Shown here: piece by piece, positions 11,553 through 23,436 of the stretch
How the letters are laid out: each line of letters begins with the position of its first letter
Numbering within the stretch: position 1 is the first letter of the stretch
Origin: Novakomyces olei
Taxonomy: Eukaryota
Length of the DNA stretch: 64,000 bases
Direction: 5' to 3'
Assembly: GCA_016906335.1 (NCBI GenBank)
Contig: JADEYG010000001.1
Location: 1,674,001 to 1,738,000 of the forward strand
Notes under the pieces: model-generated
Database searches by the model: none
Told to the model about the DNA's origin: nothing
What the model saw: only the letters and a program-made list of their open reading frames with translations
Position numbers and translations under genes: made by a program

Positions 11553-13378
11553 TGCAGCACAGGCACAGAGTGCATAGGGTATTGCACTGAACAATTCATG
11601 ATGGTGAACGCACAGCCGTACAATTGCGAATTTATAATACAGCTGAGATCAGTAATAGAGCGCACAGATGAAGAGATCAGCGCATTTCTGCTGAACATTG
11701 GGAATTTGTTGCAGCTCAAGCAAGTCAGTTCACGAAAAACGTTTAGATTGACTCTTTAAAGATTCGACGACGATGAACTAGGTATAGTGAAGTAAATGTG
11801 TTTACCAAAATGTTCATTGATCTTACTGGATAAAAAAGTGCTAAAAAAAAATAGAAAACTAATGACCGAAAAGGCCTTAAAATTAGTCGAGCTGATCTTC
11901 CCTTGATCTTCCCCCACGTGCAGGGAGGGATTTGGCATCTTTACCTAATTATTTGCACGTCGTACGTGGAAATTATATGTTGTGATATGTACCGACAACG
12001 TAGTGTAAATTTAAAGAAAAGATTACCCAAGTGGCATATCAGAAAAAATTAGAAGCACCCTTAATTTTAGTGAAAATCCCCCATATACCTATTAAAATGT
12101 TTGAAATTATCATAAATTCACTTCTGAAAATCAAAGTATGCTGCTATTAGCCCTTTTCTTCCTTTATGGAAGTCTGTGAAAACGCGGGAAAATGGCGTTT
12201 CTTGGACATATTGATGAGCAGTTGATGATGAGAACGAGCATTTGGAATTCCGAATAATAGCCCTAACTAACCCTAAGAAATCGTGCTTTTACAAGTGGTT
12301 TCTATATAAAGTCTGTTGATTCGAAATGGAATACAGTTTATGCCTTATCGTGTGAAGTATTACAGTCTCGCCTATTTATTATTTTACGCGCTATCTATAT
12401 GGTGATTCCATCGTTAGTGCAATAAACCGTGCAGAATCATGGATCTACGAGTCTAAAACAAAATTCAAGTAGATAGTATGAGACGTCAACTGTAGGCATG
12501 AATCTATAGAATCACAAAACTTTTGGGCTAATTTTGAGGCTCGCATTTAATATCCCGCTACTATATATGGGGGTCTCTAAGTATGATGGCGCATGACTGC
12601 TGTTTATGATTATAAACACGCTGTATTATCCAGTATTGGTTAGCCTTTTCCTGAGCAAGCGACAGATCATGTTAATTCTGGCCCGCAGATTGGTCTACAT
12701 GGCGTTTTGATCGCTATCAAATCGACTTTTCATCGAACGAAGTAGTAATATGTTTACTCTTTTCTTGGAAAAATGAATAAGGCTGAGACTGTATTCCCAT
12801 AAAGCGGAAAGCGCAAAATATGAACATGTTTTGCTGCAATGACGTAATATACAGCGCGCCATAGAGCGGTGTAGATTCAGGTTTAAAATGACTATGAGCA
12901 CCATACCATTCATGAAATTGCTCTTGAGCTTTTCATAGCCGCTTCGATATATTTGACGAACGCATTAATGCGGATCTGCGAGCTACGCATGAACCCTTGA
13001 TGATTCTGATTAGGCATATTGATAATTTGTCGTTGGGCACGAATAGAAGGCGATCTTTTAAAGTATATATCTTTACGAGTTGACATTGAATACGCAAAGC
13101 AGATAAAGAAGTGATCCAGATGGCTCATGGGCAGTAGACTTAATTTCTAAAACATGACATAGATTCAAATTGGATTTCGGCTACTTGATAAATTATTTAC
13201 AATAATTGCAGCTGCTGCAGACTATCCAACCCAATCCGTTCATAATCAGACCGAGGGCCATTAAAAATTCATGGAAAGCCCGCAAAGTCCGCAAATACCA
13301 GTCCAAAGACATTGCGTATGAAATACTCGCACCTAACATAAATAAACTAGCGACTTCGATTCAAGCCGTTTAAAACAC

Positions 13379-14167
13379 TCATGCATCCAAGTTACGGCCA
13401 CGCAAATACTTATCGTAAGCATCGTGGCTCCAAGTCGCGATGCGAGCCCATGCAGCATTTGGCGAGTCTAAAGCAGGTCGAATGTCAAGATGGAAAACAG
13501 GATTCCCGTCTGCATCAGGAGCGCCAGAATAATAGTCGATCACGTAACGGACAAGCTTACTATTACGCTGCACGTACCAGTCGTGGCGGTCAAAAGGTGG
13601 ATCAGAACTGAATGTGCTGGGTGCCACTCGGCCCAATAATTGGAATAGTCGGGCCTTGGGGGAAAGCTCTCCAGGACGGCCTTGAAAGCGAGTAAGTGAA
13701 GGCTGATCGTTACCCTGCCGCCGTTCCCATTGCTCAATTTCCTTCCAAGCTTCTTCATTAATCCAGTTGTGTACATCAACCATAGCAGGTACTGTATCCT
13801 GCTCACTGGCGTCGTAACCTTTACGCACCATGGCATTATACATTTGCTGCGGCGAAGGATATTCCCACGGCTTCCCCGTATCTGTGCGCGGGATACTTGA
13901 AATCATCCGGTCTTTAGGCAAATCTTCAGCCTGCTGAGGAGCACGATCTTGCGAGAGATAAGAAAACATTTGATTCAGGGGATTAAGCGAAGGCTTGGAC
14001 TTCTCCGCCGAATCTTGTGGCTCTTTGCTTGAAGCCGTGTTTGTTGCCGATAAAGGCGAAGACTTTTGATACGGATACGGACATTTCGATTCTGTGTCCT
14101 CTCGACCGGCCCATTCTGTAAACTGCGGCTTTTTATCGTCTGCACTCGCCCAAAACCAGCCGCCCAT
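13379..14167 (-). CDS. CYC3: Cytochrome c heme lyase (holocytochrome c synthase)
   Basis: MGGWFW start, CP heme motif, WEYPSPQQMYNAMVRKG, VHNWINE, PFDRHDWYV, RYVIDYY, DIRPALD. Confidence 0.92.
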   Translation of the reverse strand: MGGWFWASADDKKPQFTEWAGREDTESKCPYPYQKSSPLSATNTASSKEPQDSAEKSKPSLNPLNQMFSYLSQDRAPQQAEDLPKDRMISSIPRTDTGKPWEYPSPQQMYNAMVRKGYDASEQDTVPAMVDVHNWINEEAWKEIEQWERRQGNDQPSLTRFQGRPGELSPKARLFQLLGRVAPSTFSSDPPFDRHDWYVQRNSKLVRYVIDYYSGAPDADGNPVFHLDIRPALDSPNAAWARIATWSHDAYDKYLRGRNLDA

Positions 14168-14550
14168 TGCGTCGGTGTCAGCAATCTGTACACGCAAATT
14201 GCTATCTACAATTTGACATTAAATTATTTTTTATATACTGCCTTTTAGTTTTGCCCTATCTCACTACAATATTTATTACCGTATTTCATCACTGCTATTA
14301 CATATATGGACAAGTAATAAATATGCGAACGTATTTGTTACATGCTCCTTGACTATTAGATCAAACAGTTATATGGGTATTTAGGATTAGGGTTAATTCT
14401 CCATGTATTGGGGATTACCTCATTACGACTCAGTCTTACCAAACGACATCTTGTATTGTCACGCGTGGTCAGAACACTCTATGACTATGATTAGGCGTCG
14501 TTTCAATTCGCTGATTCGCGATTAACGTCGCTGCGTATACTTGTTGACTA

Positions 14551-15300
14551 ATGGCCTCGCGCGGTTGGATTCAGACTGTAATTGATACACTGTATTTCTT
14601 TTTTATTGTTTAATTTTTTTATGATTTAATTTTTTATCTTTTTTGGTATCAGTCTAAATTGTGTAGGAGAGCGGCAACAAAATATCGCGTCGCGGTACAC
14701 TCCTTGCCGGAGCACCAAACATTTTATTAGGCGGAAAAGATATTGTCCATGACGGAGTTTGTATCCGTGGAGACTTGACGCGCAGCAGCCGAGACGAGCA
14801 GGGCAAACCCGTTTCAGCGACGAGTGTAAGCATTGGCCGATACTGTGAGTTTGCCAAAAACTGTGTTTTGAGGCCGGCTGGGAAAGTGTACCAAGGGTTC
14901 GTTGTATCCTTTTTGTATGCCCTACTGACATGTTGCTTTGTATAGCAAATTCAACTATTACCCTTTACGCATCGGGGATTTCGTATACATTGGCGAAAAT
15001 TCAGTCGTAGAAGCGGCCCAGATCGGCTCGCGCGTACGTATAGGCGCAAACAGTGTTATTGTATGAGTTTGTCGTTTTTGCGCAGATGTGCGGCTAACAT
15101 AAAAGGGCAAATTGGCAATTATTCGGGACTGCGTTGTGATTGAGCCAGGCGCAGTTGTTCCGCCAAATGCAGTTATTCCACCGTACACGCATGTTTTCTC
15201 CGTGCGACGGGACGATACGACCGATACGGAGCTGCCTGAATCTGTAGGATTCTCGTTTGAGCAGCAGTCCCGCCAACGGTTTGCAGAATTCATGATCTAG
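14551..15300 (+). CDS. DCTN5: Dynactin subunit p25 (left-handed beta-helix), 4 exons
   Basis: Spliced [17 protein letters not shown]...NILLGGK...CIRGDL...IGRYC...[45 protein letters not shown]. First intron 14578-14666. Confidence 0.85.
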
Positions 15301-15459
15301 ACAATACACAACATGATTATACGCTATCAATTACGTCGACCTGGCAACAATGATAACACATTTATTGATATATGTTTTGTCTAAACCAATCTCACCTTGG
15401 CCCAAGTCAGAAGCGTGCTCTATGTCAGAACGTGCTCTGTGTCACAGCCTTGCTCTATG

Positions 15460-16119
15460 TCAGAAGCGAGCAGGGTCATGATCAGACGCAAACGAAAGCT
15501 TACAAGGCGAATCAATGTCGGCTGGAACTATCCCTGTTTCGTCTCGTAATATACAAAGTAAGATTTCAATAAGCTCTGTATCAAAGCACTCCAGCACTTG
15601 AATACAATGCCATACGTCCCAGAGCACTTGACAGAGGCAAGTGTCGCGCTGCTCAAATCTAAAAAAAGGTCGATCGAACAAGACAAGACTATAGTACGTG
15701 GCGATTGCTTGAGATAGCTCGTGATAGAGTCCTTGTTTGTTTCGAGTATAAAGCCATCTCCAAACAAGGAGAAACGATGCTGCAGAAGGCACTTCAATTT
15801 CGCCCGTCTCAAACCGTAGCCCATACATGTCGAGAACGGATGCATGAAGAGGAATTCTCATTGTAGGCCGGAAGGGTTTCCCTGCATAGCATTGATAAAC
15901 GGGCTCGATAATACTCTGAAGGTGCACGCGCAGCCAGGTTTGAGCGTTATCGCTACACATGAGCTTGTCAGAGCTGCACTGAAACACGCCTTTTTCATAT
16001 ACAATTAATGCATGTTTCATTTGATTTGCCAATTCCCAGAAGGGCAGCAAATAGCGGTCCATTGTCGATTTATTTTCGTCAAATGGTGTTGCCGTCAACA
16101 CGAATAACTGTTCAATCAT
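15460..16119 (-). CDS. Hypothetical protein with a Clp1 (clampless1)/BTB-like motif pattern
   Basis: 219-aa ORF from the first ATG (16119). Ordered motifs HALIVY, PLHASVL, VPSAASFLLVWRWLYT, LWDVW...LECFDTEL. Confidence 0.55.
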   Translation of the reverse strand: MIEQLFVLTATPFDENKSTMDRYLLPFWELANQMKHALIVYEKGVFQCSSDKLMCSDNAQTWLRVHLQSIIEPVYQCYAGKPFRPTMRIPLHASVLDMYGLRFETGEIEVPSAASFLLVWRWLYTRNKQGLYHELSQAIATYYSLVLFDRPFFRFEQRDTCLCQVLWDVWHCIQVLECFDTELIEILLCILRDETGIVPADIDSPCKLSFASDHDPARF

Positions 16120-16617
16120 CGTGCAATAATGATTTTTTTGTCCTCTCTTTGTTTTCTGCACTTGGACAATTAAGGAGCTGTCAAGGGACCCGAGCGTATT
16201 TACTATGTATGTAATCTTTGCTAAGCAAACACAAATTTTGGGAATTAAAATTGTAGACAAATGGCATTAACTATCAGCGGCTTGCGTGGGCATTTGCTGT
16301 TGAATAAACTCGAATGTGCCTACGCGTTTGCCCTCAATCTGCCCGCTTCATATGCCCACACCACTCCTATCATTACCCGATAAGTTTATTATTGGGTATC
16401 GAGAAAACCCTGCCTTGTCCGGGGATTACCGTTTGCGGAATAGTAAACATTGAATAAAAGTCGAGGTTTGCGACAAACAAAATTGCGATTCTTTTGGAGT
16501 AACCGACACGGGATCGACGCGCAACAAATTGAGAAGGAATTCAAGAGTAGACAAACAAGCCAGATCTAAGGGATGCGGTGAGACCTAATTCTCCAATCTT
16601 TTGTCAATTAAAAAACT

Positions 16618-18441
16618 ATGCGCCAAGAAGGCGATTCGACTGATGAGGGTAATACAACACAAGACCAGATTCTAAAAAGCCCTGGTGAGCAAGGCACTGC
16701 AAGGAAGAAAATTGTACTGATTGCACTTGCTGCAGTCGCGATTCTTATAGTTGTGCTTTGTGCCGTGCTTATCCCTATTGGCGTAGTAGTAGTAAGACCA
16801 AAACATCAATCACAAAATGACAATAGCGGTGTTGCTCCAGCGCCGGCGAGCACGACAAGTACTGCGTCAGCCACGCCCTCGCCGCATTCGCCTTCAGCGG
16901 CAAGCGTGCCTGTGAGTGTTCGAGGCAGCTACCTCGATCCTGCCACTTGGGTGGTTCAGCGAGGGTTTAATTTGACTTTTACAAACGAAACTTTTGGAAA
17001 TTTATCGACAATTGGGCTAAACTCAACTTGGCAGGATGGGCAAAGGCCCAACCAAAACGTTCCCCCCTTGGAATCTGCCTTTCCTTACGGACAGCGCCCC
17101 GTTTATGGTGTTAACATAGGCGGATGGTTGGGGCTGGAACCCTTTATTACTCCTTCTTACTTTGAAAATTTCAGTGCTAGTGAAAATGTTACTGACGAAT
17201 ATTCCTTGAGCCAGGCACTTCGACGGCGTGGTACATTGCAAACGTTTATGGAGACGCACTATAACGAGTTTGTTACGGAGGATACTTTTAGGGAAATAGC
17301 CGCAGCTGGCCTGGACCACGTACGTATTCCCTACCCTTACTGGATTGTGCACCGCTTCGCGCAGGACAGTAATTCACCTTTTCTGTTCAACGTGGGCTGG
17401 CGTTATCTTTTGCGCGGGATTGAATGGGCCAGAAAGTATGGGCTACGGGTCAATTTAGATCTCCACTCAGTACCAGGCAACCAAAATTCTTGGAATCATG
17501 GAGGCCGTGAGGGCCAGCTGGACTGGCTCAACGGCTCCAATGGGACAATGAACGGGGAACTTTCTCTGCAATTGCACGACCAATTATCCCGGTTTTTCGC
17601 TCAAGAAAGGTACCGCAATGTAGTAACCATGTACGGGATTGTTAATGAGCCCAACATGCTGGTGTTGCAGCGGCAAGTAGTAACAAATTGGACCCGGCGC
17701 GCGTATGATATTGTTGTACATAATGGGATAAACAAGTTTATCATGGTGTCCGATGGCTTTCAAGGCCTTCTCAATTGGCGTATAGATTACCCTGCAGAGC
17801 AGTACCCATTAATTGTCCTTGACGGGCACGAGTACGTGATTTTCAATACGGACAATATTATGATGTCACACACGGCCAAACTGAACTTTGTATGCAACAC
17901 TTGGGCGGGTATGATGAGTGCTGCCACTGATAACAGTACCACAGCAACTACCCAGCCCCCTGTCCCTGGCAGCCCCGGCACAAGTCCCGGCACCAGTCCC
18001 GGGTTTGGTCCCGTTGTGGTGGGCGAATTTTCGCTGGCGGATACAGACTGTGCGGCCTATGTGAACTCTGTAACCCAGGGAGCTCGGTGGGATGGTACTT
18101 TAACCACTTACCCTGGTGTTTGGTGCCCAGTAACACCAAACTGCTCATGCACTCCGGCGAATGCAAACCCGTCGGATTATGCCGACATTTACACTACTTA
18201 CTTGGCGCGAATGGCTGAAGCCCAGTTTGAAGTCTTTGAGCGGACTTGGGGCTATTTTTACTGGACTTGGGACACACAAAACTCGACGCAGTGGAGCTAT
18301 AAGAAATCCATGGAAGCGGGCATCATTGCCACTACTGCATACGATCGTAATCGGACTACTCGGCACCTTGATCATTGGACTTGTGCTAATACTACCACCA
18401 GTCCGGACTATAGTGTGCTTGGGCTGCCAGAATATTACTAG
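16618..18441 (+). CDS. Membrane-anchored GH5 exo-beta-1,3-glucanase (ExgD/Exg2-like)
   Basis: N-terminal TM helix after RKK, GVNIGGWLGLEPFITPS, LDHVRIP, NLDLH, VNEP (acid/base), VVGEFS (nucleophile), YFYWTW. Confidence 0.92.
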   Translation: MRQEGDSTDEGNTTQDQILKSPGEQGTARKKIVLIALAAVAILIVVLCAVLIPIGVVVVRPKHQSQNDNSGVAPAPASTTSTASATPSPHSPSAASVPVSVRGSYLDPATWVVQRGFNLTFTNETFGNLSTIGLNSTWQDGQRPNQNVPPLESAFPYGQRPVYGVNIGGWLGLEPFITPSYFENFSASENVTDEYSLSQALRRRGTLQTFMETHYNEFVTEDTFREIAAAGLDHVRIPYPYWIVHRFAQDSNSPFLFNVGWRYLLRGIEWARKYGLRVNLDLHSVPGNQNSWNHGGREGQLDWLNGSNGTMNGELSLQLHDQLSRFFAQERYRNVVTMYGIVNEPNMLVLQRQVVTNWTRRAYDIVVHNGINKFIMVSDGFQGLLNWRIDYPAEQYPLIVLDGHEYVIFNTDNIMMSHTAKLNFVCNTWAGMMSAATDNSTTATTQPPVPGSPGTSPGTSPGFGPVVVGEFSLADTDCAAYVNSVTQGARWDGTLTTYPGVWCPVTPNCSCTPANANPSDYADIYTTYLARMAEAQFEVFERTWGYFYWTWDTQNSTQWSYKKSMEAGIIATTAYDRNRTTRHLDHWTCANTTTSPDYSVLGLPEYY

Positions 18442-19052
18442 GCCTAGGCCTATGCTGCGAAAGAAAACAAGCGAATGACTATCTAATTTAATGTAAGAGG
18501 AGCATGAATATTATGTATAGTGTGAAGAGTTATACTGTGAAAAGTACACCGCGCAAGTAAACTGTTTCATAGTGGATTACTGTGAATCGTTTGCATTACG
18601 AATTAATTATAATACTGTGGACAAATATGTTTAGTTAAAATTGAGGCAATGCTAGATATCACGTACTTAGCAGAGTTTTAATATGTACTAGAGCCGTGAT
18701 CATGACAATAGCCAAAGATTAAGTATTCTGATCCATCTGCTCTAGATTATTAGCGAACAAATGCTGGCAATAATAATCGCTACTCGCAAATGAAAACCCT
18801 AATCTTGTGCACATGACTGTGGGGTTGGTACATGATAAACAAAGGCACATAAGTAGCACGTACCGTTATCTCTGTCCCACGATACATTAAACCAGCTGCA
18901 GATTAAAGTTTCTCCATTAAGCACCGGCCCGGCAGTACGCTACCATTTGCACATATATTCAAGTATTCCGCAAGTTCCGTTCACTCGTATTATTTATATA
19001 TATAAATATTTTGTCGCTCAAACCTTTACTCCAAACCCATAAAGCCTTCCAA

Positions 19053-20429
<1,377 letters not shown>

Positions 20430-20926
20430 ATCAAGTATAATGGCCCATACTAAATAATATCCATTGTTGTCCTATGCAGTGCTGATTCGGTACGCTTAAA
20501 CGATATCCATTAGACGGCCGTATTATGAATAGTGAGCACAGTGTTACTGCCCTGTAGCGTATCCGACCGTTGATTCCTTTAGTATATGACTACGACAGAC
20601 TTGACGATATTATTACCCGCTTTTTCTGTGTGCAATACGTAAAAGCTGCTAGAGCAAAAGTCCACTTCATTACGTCATAGTCTACAAATCTTTCACGTGA
20701 CTCGAAAAAATGCGCGTCCAAATGTGACACGTAGGCTGTTTTAGACGGTAAAAAGTGCATTGAAAAAAGGCATTGCGTCTATGTGGCTGTCAATTTATGG
20801 TTAATTTGCAAAGTCTTTTACTCTTAGTTGAACAGCTTGGCTGGAAATTCTTTACGTGGCAGATTTTTTACGTGACACTTGTACAAGCTAGTCCGCCTTG
20901 ACGGGTGATGGAGCAGTAGAACGGAG

Positions 20927-21496
20927 ATGGATCGGCTTACGATTGCCGGGGAGGATGCAAAGTGTGTACAGGGCGACGCTTGTGCTGCTTACCGTCCCCA
21001 AAAATTTGAATGTCAGGCATTAGACGCAGCTTCAGGTTCATTACTGACTTGGGCTTGTAGGGCAAAAGTGCCAGAGGACCTTCGACTCGGAGCCACTGAT
21101 ATTATATGCCCTACTGGCGACGCTGGGAGGATTGGAAAGTGCCGATTGGAGTACGGTCTTTTCTACCGGAACCCACAACCGCGAACGGCGGCAAACAGTG
21201 CAGAATATATTTTTGTAATTTTTACAATCGCGTCTTTCCTATACATTCTATACTCTATTTTCCAGAATCGTGGCCAACGTGGCCCGCCACCGCCACGTCC
21301 TGGCCACGGCAATGACGGGGACGGGGACGATGGTGGTGACGATAATCGTCCTTGGCCTGATGACAGTCGTGCGCAAAGGCATTTTGCTGTTAAAAGACAG
21401 AACAACTTTGGCCAGACATTCAATGAGAACGATGCGGGAAGGGCATCGGGCGCACTAAAAACCTCGATTGGGTTTGGGACGTTGCGGAGGGAGTAG
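20927..21496 (+). CDS. SARAF/DUF1183-like single-pass membrane protein (5' exon uncertain)
   Basis: Cys pattern KC..C..FEC..WACRA..LG.TDIIC..CRLEYGL, a TM helix, a Pro/Gly tail and C-terminal TSIGFGTLRR. No signal peptide in this ORF, so an upstream exon is likely. Confidence 0.65.
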   Translation: MDRLTIAGEDAKCVQGDACAAYRPQKFECQALDAASGSLLTWACRAKVPEDLRLGATDIICPTGDAGRIGKCRLEYGLFYRNPQPRTAANSAEYIFVIFTIASFLYILYSIFQNRGQRGPPPPRPGHGNDGDGDDGGDDNRPWPDDSRAQRHFAVKRQNNFGQTFNENDAGRASGALKTSIGFGTLRRE

Positions 21497-21717
21497 ACGT
21501 GCACAGTTTTAAATATGGAAAAGCCTGCATTTGTTTGGCAATTTTTCTGACTGCAAATAAAGTTTGGCTCCCTTTCACACGAGATGTTCATTTTAAAAGC
21601 ATAGACGGTAGTACCATGCGCTTATTTCGAACCTTTTTGCTGGATAATAGTAAATTATTTCCTGAATGTATACAATTTCATTACTAAAAGTCGGCCTGAC
21701 CCGACCCGGCGCTCTAT

Positions 21718-22384
21718 CTACCCTTTGCCGTAAACGAGTCCGACGTAGAAGGCGGCGGCAAAAGACGTCTAATTATAAGCAATTTTCTTTTACACAAGTC
21801 TTACGTTGAAGGATACGTCTCGCAATAAAAGCGAGCTCAACGACTGCGAATATTCCCGAACGTTTTCGCGGTTCAGGACGGCTGATTGCAGTCGTTGCCA
21901 TGGCAAACGGATAATGTGGTAGCGTTCAAGAGCCTAGAATTAGCCTGAACGAGGCGGTAAAACCGAAATTAAAAAACCCTGTCTGTTACTCGTAGTGTCA
22001 TACGTAAAGAGTAGCCCCACACCCGGCCAGAATCCCTATCAGGATTGAGCCCACGCGCCTTACGCCAAACCCTAGAGCAAGGCCCAGCATGCTTCCAGTA
22101 GTCAGCTGGTGCGGATCGATCTTGAGCTCGATTTTCCGTGGCTGTGTTTCCTTGACTTTAACGCCTGAAATTAGCAAAATGAATTATACTCCAGCAAAGG
22201 ACGGCCACGCAAACCTACTACGCATAAACGGCTGTTCCGTGAGCCGGTCGATATTCTCCTGTCGCGGCTGACACCGTATTCCGCTTACTGTGCCAGCATA
22301 TGCATTTGCAAGCGAAAACGTTCCCACTACACCCGCAGCACCTGCGAGCACTCTGCCGCCACATACTCCAATACGCAACAGCAT
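21718..22384 (-). CDS. FUN14-family mitochondrial outer-membrane protein, 4 exons: 22384-22219, 22164-22004, 21933-21805, 21768-21718
   Basis: Spliced product has a presequence-like N-terminus, QLTTGSMLGLALGFGVRRVGSILIGILAG, IIRLPW and C-terminal SFAAAFYVGLVYG. Introns of 54, 70 and 36 nt are all GT-AG and keep frame. Confidence 0.8.
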
Positions 22385-23145
22385 CGTGGTTCCGCGGCGC
22401 CAATCACGAGGAGTGCGTTACTTGGGGCAAAGCGTGTTCATATGATTGCATTATATCATACATTACTTTTACCCTGTGCGTCCAACAACAGTATGTGGAT
22501 AAATGATTATTATATGGAAGGAAATAGGGGAAATTGTGAAAATCCCCAGGACCAATCAATAATAATAATGCATTCAAATGCCATAGCGCTGCAATCAAAC
22601 ACTGCGACAAAGAGCCGATTGACCATAAATAAATAAATAATTAATTAGAGCCAACGTTCGTTCACAAATTATATGCATACAATATTATTACGGCTGACTT
22701 CGTTCATAGGATTATGCAGCACACAAAGTTTATTACAAAAAGTATTATAAATTTATAGAAAACCTCAACTTTAACAAAATTTCAATTGATTGTAAGAACA
22801 TGACTTGTACAACCTGATCTGCTAAGCGATGCATTTGCCGTACAAAGTGCTCATTCAGCAGGCCAAGGCAAGCATGCCGAGCCGTAGGACAAGGGCAATA
22901 CTTTCTGCAAACCCAACTCCACTTGAACTTTTCGCGAGATAAACTGGAAAACCCTATACCAAAATCGTACGAACCCTATACCTAGCCTTGTTTAGCACGC
23001 AAGCTTACTTGGGTGCCACTTCCCCGAGGTCCCCTCCCTTGTGCCGAGTCCCGGAAATACGCAGCTGCGAATAATTATTATATATATACGCAATACATAA
23101 GATGACAGCGCAAAACACTCTGCTGTGGGGTAACAAATTTCGCAC

Positions 23146-23398
23146 ATGCGCGGTGTCCTTTGCTCCTCTCCGCGAGCTATCGCCCTCAAGTTGAGGACTG
23201 CAATGGCGCCCGGATCAAGGGTAAGACTAATTATAATTCAATGCCGGCAGGCGGCAGGGACATGAACTTTTCAAAAGAGGAAAGAGTGGAAACAAACAGG
23301 GATCTTTAGAGCAATTAGATGATAGAGCAATGAAAAAACAGAAAAATCAAAATCAAAAAAAGAAAAAGACAAAGAAAAAGGAAAAAAAAAACCACAAA

Positions 23399-23436
<38 letters not shown>

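Noticed and set aside
12650-13130. Two abutting 72-aa minus-strand ORFs
   Set aside because: No recognisable domain or convincing splice model. A small lineage-specific gene cannot be excluded without RNA-seq.
21690-22430. Several hairpins (e.g. CAACGACTGC/GCAGTCGTTG, CGTGGCTGT/ACGGCCACG) suggesting a large structured ncRNA such as telomerase RNA
   Set aside because: No template, Sm-site or RNase P/MRP/SRP motifs were found, and the region is fully explained by the spliced minus-strand FUN14-like gene.
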